In this document: in pieces, positions 35,270-44,157 of the stretch
How positions within the stretch are numbered: the stretch's first letter is position 1
Layout: each line of letters opens with the position of its first letter
From: Bifidobacteriaceae bacterium
GTDB lineage: Bacteria; Actinomycetota; Actinomycetes; Actinomycetales; WQXJ01
Length of the DNA stretch: 64,000 nucleotides
NCBI GenBank assembly: GCA_031272885.1
Contig: JAISSX010000001.1
Coordinates: 5,483-69,482, forward strand
Direction: 5' to 3'
Position numbers and translations under genes: made by a program
Notes under the pieces: generated by a model
The model's database searches: none
What the model was told of the DNA's origin: nothing
Seen by the model: the letters and a program-made list of their open reading frames with translations, nothing else

Positions 35270-35970
35270 CAAAGGGCCTCCAACCAGCCGTCGAACACCC
35301 GCTGGGCCGCCGGCCGCAACACCGGGTCGACCCGCCGGGCTTCGGCGCGCAGGTCTGGGATCGATAGCCCCTCGCGCCCCAGTTCGAAGCAGTTGGCGAT
35401 CAGCCACGTTTCCAGCCAGGCCGGCTCCACTTCCAGGTGGAACTGCAGCGCCAGGCCCCAATTGTCCAGCCCGAAGGCTTGGGCCGGATAGTTGGCCGAG
35501 AACGCCAGCCGGGTGGCGCCATCGGGCACCGCAAAACCGTCACCATGCCAGTGCAGTACCGGCAGGCCGTCGATGGCGCCCAGCGGCGAGGCTTGCCCTT
35601 CTGGCGTCAGGCTGACCGGCCCGTAGCCGATCTCCTTGGCCGCCCCCGGCCCCACGTGGGCGCCCAGGGCTTGGGCCATCAGTTGGGCACCCAGGCACAG
35701 GCCCAGGGTGGGGCGCGCCGCCTGCAACCGCTGCCCGATGGCGTCCTGTTCCGCCACCAGCCAAGGGAACGTCTCTTGTTCATACACCCCTAGGGGCCCG
35801 CCCAGCACTATCAGCAGGTCGGGTTCGGCCAGTTGCCGGGCGGTGATGGGGTCGACGCCGGCGTGTAGGTAGTCGATGTCGTAGCCGTGCTGCCGCAGGA
35901 TGGGCTCAAGGAGGCTCAGGTTTTCGAACATGACGTGCCGCAACGCCAGCGCTTGTTTCATGCGCGGCAC
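35269..35970 (-). CDS. class I glutamine amidotransferase
   Basis: 233 aa. LIVLGGPLGVY, catalytic-Cys context GLCLGAQLMAQALG and a later HWHGD motif. Confidence 0.8.
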   Translation of the reverse strand: MPRMKQALALRHVMFENLSLLEPILRQHGYDIDYLHAGVDPITARQLAEPDLLIVLGGPLGVYEQETFPWLVAEQDAIGQRLQAARPTLGLCLGAQLMAQALGAHVGPGAAKEIGYGPVSLTPEGQASPLGAIDGLPVLHWHGDGFAVPDGATRLAFSANYPAQAFGLDNWGLALQFHLEVEPAWLETWLIANCFELGREGLSIPDLRAEARRVDPVLRPAAQRVFDGWLEAL

Positions 35971-36029
35971 GCTACCTGGCTTATGTTTCGGTTGCTTTCA
36001 AGACTTGGAACAGGGGCGTGAACCGCAGG

Positions 36030-37142
36030 CTAAGAACTGGTGCGGGAGAGCAACCAATCGGCGGCGCTGCGCAGCATGGCCTTGCCTTCCCGGTCCACCT
36101 CTGAAGTCTCCAGGATTTCCAGCGCCTCGGCCCGGCGGACCGTGATCATGTTCTCCAGTTCATCCAGGGCGCCGGATTCACGGATGATGCGTTGCAACCA
36201 GGCCACCCGTGCCTGGACCGGCGGGGTGGTGCCACGCAACAGGGCCTTAGCGAAGGCACGGCGGTCATCCACCGACAGGCGGCGCAGCGTTAGGCCTACC
36301 AGCACAGTCCGCTTGCCGTCAACCAGATCTTGGCCCACCGGTTTGCCGGTCAGGGCCGGGTCGCCGGTGACGCCCAACTGGTCGTCCCGCAACTGGTAGG
36401 CCTCGCCTAGGCGGAGGCCGAACTCCATCATGATGTCGGCCTCGGCCAGATCGGCCCCGGCCCCGGCGGCGCCCATTGCCAGCGGCGTGCCAGCCATATA
36501 GCGAGCGGTCTTGGCCTGGATGGTTTCGAAGGCCGATTCGACAATGCGTTCCGGGTCATCCAAGTCCGGCAGGTATGGGTAGACGGTGTCCATGGCCTGC
36601 CCCATCATCTGTTCGATGCGGGTCAGGTGTTGCAACTCCAGGATGTAGTCGGTTTGGGGCGTATTGATGCCGCGCAGTGCCTTGCTGAAAACCGTGTCCG
36701 ACACCACCAAGATGGCGTCGCCGATCAGTAGGGCCAGGGAACGCGCCATCGGCCCGCTGCCGCCCAACCAGCCACGTTCCTTGTGCATCTGCTCGAAGTG
36801 GGCTTGCAGCGACGCCCGGCCGCGCCGGGTCATGGCGTGGTCCAACAGGTCGTCGTGGACCAGCGAGAAGTCTTGGAACATCTCCTGCGAGATGGCCAAG
36901 AAGGTCATGCGTTGTTCGCTCAAGGCCACGGCTGAGGCGTCGCCGCCGTGGGCCAGCCACGACGTGCCGATCAGCCGGGTGTGGATGTTCTGGCTGCCCT
37001 CCCGGGCCTTGCCCACACCGTAGACCCCCAACTCGGCGGGGAAACTGAAGCGCGACAGCATCTGGCCGGTGCCCGTCAGGTGTTCCGTGCGGGCCTTCTC
37101 GACGTTAATCAGGAACTGTTCGATCCGGTTGGAGCCATCCAT
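36030..37142 (-). CDS. polyprenyl (geranylgeranyl) diphosphate synthase family protein
   Basis: First and second Asp-rich motifs, LVHDDLLD and YQLRDDQLG. 370 aa. Confidence 0.85.
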   Translation of the reverse strand: MDGSNRIEQFLINVEKARTEHLTGTGQMLSRFSFPAELGVYGVGKAREGSQNIHTRLIGTSWLAHGGDASAVALSEQRMTFLAISQEMFQDFSLVHDDLLDHAMTRRGRASLQAHFEQMHKERGWLGGSGPMARSLALLIGDAILVVSDTVFSKALRGINTPQTDYILELQHLTRIEQMMGQAMDTVYPYLPDLDDPERIVESAFETIQAKTARYMAGTPLAMGAAGAGADLAEADIMMEFGLRLGEAYQLRDDQLGVTGDPALTGKPVGQDLVDGKRTVLVGLTLRRLSVDDRRAFAKALLRGTTPPVQARVAWLQRIIRESGALDELENMITVRRAEALEILETSEVDREGKAMLRSAADWLLSRTSS

Positions 37143-37227
37143 TAAGGCGTACTATAACCCGGCTCCGTGGCCAAACCGACACCGGTTGTGGCCGGGACAC
37201 AACTTGACCGGCCGGCCCTTGTTGGGG

Positions 37228-39426
37228 CTAGCCGTTCCCCTGCATCACCGCCGCCACCCGCTGGAAGGTCGGGTTGTCCGGCAGGTCCTCCAGGAACTGG
37301 GCCCGGCCGGAGGCATCGGCTAGCGGCACCGACCAGTTGGGGTATTCCCGGTCCGTGCCGGGCAGGTTCTGGGTCCGCCGCTCCCCTGCCATGTCCGCCA
37401 ACGACACGCCCAGTAGCAGGGCCGGGGTAGCCAGCAGGAAGCGGTGCATGGCCAGCATGATCTCGTTGTCGTCGCCGGCCAGGGCCGGGTCCAGGAAGCC
37501 TCGTTCAGTCAGGATGTCGATCATGATGCCGCGCTCGGCTCGTGCCGCGGCCATGGCCTGTTCCAGCGGCTGGTCCAGCATGCCCAGTTCGTTGCGCTGC
37601 GTGATGTGCTCCCCCGCCAGGTAGGCCGAGGTGGGCGGCAGGTCGTGGGTGGTGATGGCGGTCAGCGACAGGCGGCGGAAGCGCTCCGGCGGCAACTGGT
37701 GATAGTCGTCATCGTCCTTCTCGAACCAGACAATCGAGTTGCCCAGCAGGCCCCGGGAGGCCAGGTATTGGCGCACGCCGGGCGCCATGACACCCAGGTC
37801 TTCACCCACTACCACGGCCCCGGCGCGGGTCGCCTCCAGCACCAGGATTGAGGCCATGGCCTCGTGGTTGTAGGCCACGTAGGTGCCGTCCCCCGGGCTG
37901 GCGTGCTGCGGGATCCACCACAACCGGAACAGGCCCAGGATGTGGTCGATGCGCAGGGCGCCGGCGTGCGCCAGCACGGCCCGCAGCATGGCGCGGTAGG
38001 GGGCGTAGCCGGTGGCTTCAAGCGCATCCGGTCGCCACGGCGGCTCCGACCAGCCCTGGCCCACCTGGTTGAAATAGTCCGGTGGTGCCCCCACTTGGAT
38101 GGTGGTAGCCAGCAGGTCCTTGCGGCTCCAGGCGTCCGCCCCTTCGGGGTGCACGCCCACGGCCAGGTCTTTGATGATCCCAATCGCCATGCCGCCGTCC
38201 AGGCAGGCCTGCTGGGCGGCCGCCAGTTGCTGGTCCGCGATCCACTGCAGCCAAACGTGGAATTCGACCTCTGCGGCGTGCTGTTCGGCAAAGGCGGCGG
38301 CTTCAGGCGAGCCGTGTTCCACCGCCAGGCCCAGGTCGTGGTCCATCAACGCGCACCACAGGGCAAAGTCGTCGATGGCGGGCGCCAGCCCGGCGTGGTA
38401 GGCATCCAGCTCCGATTGCCTGGCGGCCGCGCGCGGCAGGGTGAAGATCAGTTCCAGGGCCTCGCGTTTGAGCGGCCATAGTTTGTCCCGGTCGATCTGC
38501 GCCTGGGCGTCGTCGTTGCCGGCCTGGGCCTGGGCCGCCAGGGCCTCGACCCGGGCCTTGACCGGCGCGGGCGCGGCGGCGTATTCGGGGATGTCTTGCG
38601 GCCGGATGTAGTACGGGTTGGTGAAGTCGCGCGTGGCCGGCAGGTAGGGTGAAGGCTCGAACGGCGCCACCGGTTGGGCGGCATGGATCGGGTTGATCAG
38701 CACAAAGTCCGCCCCGTTGGCCTTGGCCATGGCGGCGCCCAACTGGCCAAGGTCGGCAAAGTCGCCCGTGCCCCAGGACTGGTGGGAGCGGACTGAATAG
38801 AGCTGCACCATGGGGCCCCAGACGGCGTGTTCCTGCAGTGTGGCCGGCAGTTCCAGGTGGTCGGGGCAAACCACCAGGGCGCCTTCGGAACGGCTCTCAA
38901 GGCGGTCCACCACGGCCTCGACCGCGATCCGGTGCCAGCCCAGCGGCAGGTCGCCCGGCAATTCCAGGTCGACCCGCACCACGGGCGCACCGGCCACCTC
39001 GCGGGAGGCGGCGCCATCGGCCACCACTTCGTAGGACAACGGTGGCCGGCCGCCACCGAAGGCCGGATCGTCATCAAATGTGACATATATCACAGTTTTC
39101 GCACCCTGCGGCAGGTGCAACGGCAGACTGAACGAAGCCCCCGCCCGCACCACGGTGGTGGGCGGCACCAGTTGGCTCCAGGCCAGGTCATCGGCGCAAT
39201 CAAGTGACGCCTGCACCTGCCCTGGGGTGTCGGCCGGCACGCCCAGCGCGCCCAACACGGCCTTGATGGTCAGGGCGGACACTCGTTTTGGCTCGCCCCG
39301 CCAGTTGGTGTAGTCGGTGGTGACGCCGTACTTGCGGGCTAGTTCAGTCAGCTGTAACGAGGGGGTGGGGCCTTCGCCGCGCAGGGACGCCAGGAAGCGT
39401 GCCCTGGGCGAGTCTTGACTTGTCAT
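37228..39426 (-). CDS. malQ: 4-alpha-glucanotransferase (amylomaltase), long actinobacterial form
   Basis: 732 aa. The C-terminal GH77 catalytic region has RIDHILGLFRLWWIP, VGEDLG and ITTHDLPP motifs. The N-terminal extension is typical of actinobacterial MalQ. Confidence 0.88.
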   Translation of the reverse strand: MTSQDSPRARFLASLRGEGPTPSLQLTELARKYGVTTDYTNWRGEPKRVSALTIKAVLGALGVPADTPGQVQASLDCADDLAWSQLVPPTTVVRAGASFSLPLHLPQGAKTVIYVTFDDDPAFGGGRPPLSYEVVADGAASREVAGAPVVRVDLELPGDLPLGWHRIAVEAVVDRLESRSEGALVVCPDHLELPATLQEHAVWGPMVQLYSVRSHQSWGTGDFADLGQLGAAMAKANGADFVLINPIHAAQPVAPFEPSPYLPATRDFTNPYYIRPQDIPEYAAAPAPVKARVEALAAQAQAGNDDAQAQIDRDKLWPLKREALELIFTLPRAAARQSELDAYHAGLAPAIDDFALWCALMDHDLGLAVEHGSPEAAAFAEQHAAEVEFHVWLQWIADQQLAAAQQACLDGGMAIGIIKDLAVGVHPEGADAWSRKDLLATTIQVGAPPDYFNQVGQGWSEPPWRPDALEATGYAPYRAMLRAVLAHAGALRIDHILGLFRLWWIPQHASPGDGTYVAYNHEAMASILVLEATRAGAVVVGEDLGVMAPGVRQYLASRGLLGNSIVWFEKDDDDYHQLPPERFRRLSLTAITTHDLPPTSAYLAGEHITQRNELGMLDQPLEQAMAAARAERGIMIDILTERGFLDPALAGDDNEIMLAMHRFLLATPALLLGVSLADMAGERRTQNLPGTDREYPNWSVPLADASGRAQFLEDLPDNPTFQRVAAVMQGNG

Positions 39427-39549
39427 GGCCTTAGACTAGCCCGCCGCCTTTGCCGGTTGATGGGCCCTTCTTGGCCCCTGTTTGGGCCGGTAGCGAAGGG
39501 CTGAGCGCGCCTCCGGACCGGCCCGCCCGGCGCGGGTGATAATAGGCCG

Positions 39550-40425
39550 GTGTTCGCCAAGCAGACCCTGCGCGCGGGCCTTGTGCTGCCCGGCGGGCGC
39601 TACCTGGCGGAGGAGCCACTGGCGCAGGGCGGCAACGGCGAAGTCTGGGTTGGCCTGGACGTCAAGACCGGCCGCCGGGTGGCGCTGAAGACCCTGCGCC
39701 CGGTGCGGGCCGTGGATGAACGCGCCGTCGAAGCCTTCAAGGCGGAGGCGACGGCCGCCTTGGCTGTACATCACCCCGCCGTGGTACGCACCTACCAGTA
39801 CGTGCCCGATGACGACGGGCCGGGCGTCATCGTGCAGCAACTTGTGCGCGGGGTCTCCTTGGCGTCCGAGGTGCGGCGTCAGGGCCCGATGGCGCCCGCC
39901 CGGGCACTACGGCTGCTGGCCCAGATTGCGCGGGGCCTGCGGGCTATTCACCTGGCGGGCTATGTGCACCGGGACGTCTCCACTGTCAACATCGTGTTGG
40001 AGCCGCAGGACCGGCCGGTCTTGATCGACTTCGGCATCGCCACGCCGATCGGCTCCCAGGTTGTGACGTTGGACATGTTGATTCCGGGCAACCCGGATTA
40101 CCTGGCGCCCGAGCTGGCCCGGGGCAAACCGGCCACCGAGGTGGCGGACATCTATTCGCTGGGCATTGTGCTGCTCGAATGCCTGATGGGCACCAAGCCG
40201 TTCACCGGCATGACGCCGGAACTGATCGCCACCGCCCACGTGTTGCGGCCGGCCCCGGCCGCGCCCAGCACGCTGCCGGCGGACCTCAGGGCTTTCATCG
40301 CCTTGATGGTGGACAAGGACCCGACCCGCCGGCCGGCCAACGCCTTGGCGGTGGCGCGGCTGATGGAGACTTGGGCCCACCAACTGGGTGTGTTGCGGTC
40401 CGCGGGTGCTGCGGCGGGCGGTTGA
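39550..40425 (+). CDS. soluble Hanks-type Ser/Thr protein kinase domain protein (atypical catalytic loop)
   Basis: VALK, HRD, DFG, APE, DIYSLG and the terminal R are present. The catalytic loop reads HRDVSTVN instead of HRDxKxxN. 291 aa with no TM or sensor domain. Confidence 0.75.
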   Translation: MFAKQTLRAGLVLPGGRYLAEEPLAQGGNGEVWVGLDVKTGRRVALKTLRPVRAVDERAVEAFKAEATAALAVHHPAVVRTYQYVPDDDGPGVIVQQLVRGVSLASEVRRQGPMAPARALRLLAQIARGLRAIHLAGYVHRDVSTVNIVLEPQDRPVLIDFGIATPIGSQVVTLDMLIPGNPDYLAPELARGKPATEVADIYSLGIVLLECLMGTKPFTGMTPELIATAHVLRPAPAAPSTLPADLRAFIALMVDKDPTRRPANALAVARLMETWAHQLGVLRSAGAAAGG

Positions 40426-40435
40426 GCCGGCCCGG

Positions 40436-40999
40436 CTAGTTCGTCGTGTAGCTCTTGGCGTACTCGCCCCAGTGACCCCAACTGAGGCGCACCATGCCCC
40501 ACTCGGGCAGGCCAAGCAGCGCGTTGTAGACGATGTAGACGCCCACCACCAGGCACAACACGGCGGCCGCGAGGGCGATGATGCCGATAATCAACTGGAC
40601 CAGCTTCTTGTGCGAGGTGATGACGCAGATCAGGCCGAACAGCAGCGCCGCCACCCCGGCCAACAGGATGATCACACCCAGGTTGAGGTACTGGTTGATG
40701 GCGCCGTGCAGTTGGGTTTCCGTCCAGCGGGGTGCCCCGTCGCAGTACTTCTCGTAGAGGTCGCGCGCCTCCAAGTAGCGCTTGGCGCCGTAGCCACCGC
40801 AGCCCAGCGAGATCAGGCCGGCCAGGAGCGACATGATGGCGAACTGGCGCTTCTTCTTGGCTGAGGGCTCCGGCTTGGCGGCCTTGGTGGCTTTGGCTGG
40901 ATTCTTGCGGCGGCGGGTGGGGGGCACGGCCGTGGCCGTCTCGGCCGGCGCAGGAGGTGCGGCCGGGGCGATGGCCGGTTGCATCGGCGTCTCCTCCAC
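40436..40999 (-). CDS. membrane protein with Pro/Ala/Lys-rich N-terminus, function unknown
   Basis: 187 aa with a low-complexity basic N-terminus followed by about 3 predicted TM helices. No family recognised. Confidence 0.55.
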   Translation of the reverse strand: MEETPMQPAIAPAAPPAPAETATAVPPTRRRKNPAKATKAAKPEPSAKKKRQFAIMSLLAGLISLGCGGYGAKRYLEARDLYEKYCDGAPRWTETQLHGAINQYLNLGVIILLAGVAALLFGLICVITSHKKLVQLIIGIIALAAAVLCLVVGVYIVYNALLGLPEWGMVRLSWGHWGEYAKSYTTN

Positions 41000-41044
41000 G
41001 AGTCAGGGCAATGGGCTGCTTCAAAGGTTACCGAACCGGCGCCG

Positions 41045-41107
41045 GGCCTGTCAGACGCGCCCTGCCAGATGGCCTGTCAGACGGCCTGCCTAATGGCCTG
41101 TCAGGCG
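41045..41107 (+). repeat. three direct repeats GGCCTGTCAGRCG upstream of the parA-like gene
   Basis: Copies at 41045-41057, 41071-41083 and 41095-41107, with spacing of 26 and 24 bp. Located in the divergent promoter gap between 40999 and 41165. Confidence 0.8.
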
Positions 41108-41164
41108 GGCCCTGCGCGGCGCGGCAGCTTGAACGCCCCCAACCGGGCTGGCTAGCGTAAAGGC

Positions 41165-42013
41165 GTGAGTGGCGAGACGCTGGATATACCGATCGATCAG
41201 CCCGATTTCCCTGTGCCGCCACCCCTGTCCAGCCACGGCCCAGCCCGCGTCATTTCGCTTTGCAACCAAAAGGGCGGGGTGGGCAAGACCACCACCGCCG
41301 TCAACCTAGGCGCCGCCCTGGCCGAATACGGCCGCCAGGTGCTGATCGTGGACTTTGACCCGCAGGGCTCGGCCTCGGTGGCCCTGGGCGTGGCCCCAAA
41401 GGAGGACCAGGCCACCGTTTATGACGCCCTGATGCACTCCGACACCAAGGTGACGGACATCATCCGCCACACCTCTACCTCGGGCCTGGACGTGGCGCCG
41501 GCCAACATCGACCTTTCGGCGGCGGAGGTCCAGTTGGTGGGCGAAGTGGCCCGGGAAAACACTTTGACCCGCATGTTGCGTCCGGTCACGGACTTGTATG
41601 ACGTCATCTTGATCGACTGCCAGCCGTCGCTGGGCCTGCTGACCGTCAACGCCCTGACCGCCTCCCATGGCGTGCTGATCCCCTTGGAAACCGAGTACTT
41701 CGCCTGGCGCGGCGTGGCCCTACTGGTGGACACCATCGACAAGGTGGCGGACCGGCTGAACCCGCGCCTCAAGATCGACGGCATCGTGGCCACCATGGTT
41801 GACTCCCGCACGCTGCATTCGCGCGAGGTGCTGCAGCGGGTCCACGAGGCCTTCGGCGACCGTGTTTTCGAGACGGTGATCGCCCGCACGGTCAAGTTCC
41901 CGGATTCTTCAATTGCGTCCGCCTCAATCCTCAGCTTCGCCCCCAACCATCCCGGGGCGCAGGCCTACCGCCGCCTGGCGCGCGAACTGGTGGCGCGGGG
42001 CGATGCCGCCTAA
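41165..42013 (+). CDS. ParA/Soj-family ATPase
   Basis: Deviant Walker A NQKGGVGKTTTAVNLG. 282 aa, heading the scpA-scpB cluster as in other Actinobacteria. Confidence 0.85.
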   Translation: MSGETLDIPIDQPDFPVPPPLSSHGPARVISLCNQKGGVGKTTTAVNLGAALAEYGRQVLIVDFDPQGSASVALGVAPKEDQATVYDALMHSDTKVTDIIRHTSTSGLDVAPANIDLSAAEVQLVGEVARENTLTRMLRPVTDLYDVILIDCQPSLGLLTVNALTASHGVLIPLETEYFAWRGVALLVDTIDKVADRLNPRLKIDGIVATMVDSRTLHSREVLQRVHEAFGDRVFETVIARTVKFPDSSIASASILSFAPNHPGAQAYRRLARELVARGDAA

Positions 42014-42806
42014 TTCAGCCGGTACCACCCGAGTCGAGCCCTTCTCCGTCTCCCTAGACGTCTTCGAGGGCCCATTTGATCTGCTGATCTCGCTGATCGC
42101 CAAGCACAAGCTGGACATCACCGAGATTGCCCTGGCGGAGGTGACGGATGACTTCATCGCCTATATCCGGGCCCAGGGGGACGACTGGTCGCTCAGCCAG
42201 GCCAGTGAGTTCCTGGTGGTGGCCGCCACCCTGCTGGATCTGAAGGCGGCCTCATTGCTGCCGGGCGGCCTGGCCGAATCGGAGGACCTGGAGCTGCTGG
42301 AGGCCAGGGACCTGTTGTTCGCCCGGCTGCTGGAATACCGGGCCTTCAAACAGTTGGCGGCCTCGCTCCAGGCCCGCCTGGCCGAACAGGCCACCCATGT
42401 GCCGCGCTCCGTCACATTGGAGCCGCAGTTCGCCGGCCTGCTGCCGGATCTGGTCTGGTCGATCGGCCCGGCCCAACTGGCAGCCATCGCCGCCGCCGTG
42501 CTCAGCCGCGAACCGGCGGCCCGGGAATTGACCTTCGAGCACCTGCACGCCCCGGCCGTTTCGGTGGCGGAACAGGCCGAGGTGTTGAGCGAACGGCTGG
42601 CCCGCCGGGGCCAGGCCACCTTCCGGGATCTGGTGGCCGATGCCGCCGGAGCCCTCAACGTCATCGTGGCCCGTTTCGTGGCGCTGCTTGAGTTGTTTCG
42701 GGCCGGCGCCGTCTCCTTCACCCAGGTGGAGGCGTTGGGCGAACTGACCGTGCACTGGACCGGCGGCGGCGAGCCGGTCACGATTTCGGAGGAGTTCGAG
42801 GAATGA
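42003..42806 (+). CDS. scpA: segregation and condensation protein A
   Basis: FEGPFDLLISLIAKHKLDITEIALAEVTDDF signature. ATG at 42003 overlaps the parA end. Confidence 0.85.
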   Translation: MPPNSAGTTRVEPFSVSLDVFEGPFDLLISLIAKHKLDITEIALAEVTDDFIAYIRAQGDDWSLSQASEFLVVAATLLDLKAASLLPGGLAESEDLELLEARDLLFARLLEYRAFKQLAASLQARLAEQATHVPRSVTLEPQFAGLLPDLVWSIGPAQLAAIAAAVLSREPAARELTFEHLHAPAVSVAEQAEVLSERLARRGQATFRDLVADAAGALNVIVARFVALLELFRAGAVSFTQVEALGELTVHWTGGGEPVTISEEFEE

Positions 42807-43393
42807 CCGAACCGGTAGGGGCGCAAGAACAGCGGCCGCAGGCCGCCCTGGAGGCCATCTTGATGGTGGTAGACCAACCGGCCTCGACCACCGACCTGGC
42901 GATCGCCATCGGCCGCCCGGTAGAAGAGACCGAACGGCTGTTGATCGACCTGGCGGCCTCCTACCGGGGTCACGGCCCGGACGGCCTGGTGCGCGGCTTC
43001 GAACTGCGCGAAGTGGGTGGCGGTTGGCGCTTCTATTCGCATCCGGACCACGCCGAGGTGGTGTCGCGCTTTGTCCGCGAAGGCATCACGACGCGCCTGA
43101 CCCAGGCGGCGTTGGAAACCCTGGCGGTGGTGGCCTACAAGGGACCGATCAGCCGTGGGCGGATCGGCGCTGTGCGCGGCGTCAACGTCGAATCGGTTAT
43201 GCGCACGCTGGTCAGCCGCGGTCTGGTAGAGGAAGCGGGGGTGGAGGAAGAGACCGGCGCGGTGCTCTACGCCACGACGCCGCTTTTCCTTGAACGCATG
43301 GGGATGACTAGCCTGGATGAGCTTGAACCGCTGGCGCCGCACCTGCCCAGCGGCCAAGAACTAGCCGAGATCCAGGAACAGTTGGAGCCATGA
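42803..43393 (+). CDS. scpB: segregation and condensation protein B
   Basis: ALEAILMVVDQP N-terminus, SRGRIGAVRGVNV motif, and an ATGA overlap with scpA. Confidence 0.85.
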   Translation: MTEPVGAQEQRPQAALEAILMVVDQPASTTDLAIAIGRPVEETERLLIDLAASYRGHGPDGLVRGFELREVGGGWRFYSHPDHAEVVSRFVREGITTRLTQAALETLAVVAYKGPISRGRIGAVRGVNVESVMRTLVSRGLVEEAGVEEETGAVLYATTPLFLERMGMTSLDELEPLAPHLPSGQELAEIQEQLEP

Positions 43394-44157
43394 GCCAGCC
43401 GCGCAGCAAAGCCCAAGAACCGCCCTATGACGCCGATGGCGTCCGCCTGCAGAAGGTGTTGGCCGATGCCGGCTTGGGCTCCCGCCGCGCCTGTGAGGGC
43501 ATCATCCAGGCCGGCCGGGTGACGGTCGATGGCGTCCGCGTGCGCGAGTTGGGCCTGCGGGTGGATCCCTCCCGGCGGCGCATCGAGGTGGACGGCCTAC
43601 CGGTGGAAACCGACGTCAACAAGGTCACAGTGGCCCTGAACAAGCCGGCCGGGGTGGTTTCGACCCAGGATGATCCGGAAGGCCGGCCGACAGTGATGGA
43701 CTTCGTCCAGGGCCGCCCGGAACGCCTGTTCCATGTCGGCCGCCTGGATGCCGAAACCGAGGGCTTGTTGCTGCTGACCAATGACGGCGACCTGGCCAAC
43801 TGGCTGACGCACCCGTCACACGAGGTGCCTAAGACCTACCTGGCGACGGTGGAAGGGAAGGTGGCACCCGGCATCGGGAAGCGCCTGAAGGCCGGCCTCG
43901 AACTGGAGGACGGCCCGGCCCAGGTGGACGCCTTCCGTATCGTGGACCAGATTCCCGGCTACACCATGGTCGAGGTGGTGTTGCACGCCGGGCGTAACCG
44001 CATTGTGCGGCGGCTGTTCGATGCCGTGGGCCACCCGGTGACGCGGCTGGTGCGCACGCGCGTCGGGCCGATCGCCCTGGGGGACCTGAAGGTGGGCCGC
44101 ACCCGTGTGTTGTCGCAGGTGGAGGTCGCGTCGCTGAAGAAGGCGGCCGGCCTGTGA
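43390..44157 (+). CDS. rluB: rRNA pseudouridine synthase (RsuA/RluB family) with S4 domain
   Basis: RLQKVLADAGLGSRR S4 motif and catalytic HVGRLDAETEGLLLLTNDG. ATGA overlap with scpB. Confidence 0.85.
   Translation: MSQPRSKAQEPPYDADGVRLQKVLADAGLGSRRACEGIIQAGRVTVDGVRVRELGLRVDPSRRRIEVDGLPVETDVNKVTVALNKPAGVVSTQDDPEGRPTVMDFVQGRPERLFHVGRLDAETEGLLLLTNDGDLANWLTHPSHEVPKTYLATVEGKVAPGIGKRLKAGLELEDGPAQVDAFRIVDQIPGYTMVEVVLHAGRNRIVRRLFDAVGHPVTRLVRTRVGPIALGDLKVGRTRVLSQVEVASLKKAAGL

Noticed and set aside
41028-41222. Short ORFs on both strands encoding repetitive peptides (for example PDGLSDGLPNGLSGG) across the parA upstream repeats.
   Set aside because: The peptide periodicity is a by-product of the DNA direct repeats of about 25 bp. 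The units differ in length (26 and 24 bp), so no frame is preserved.
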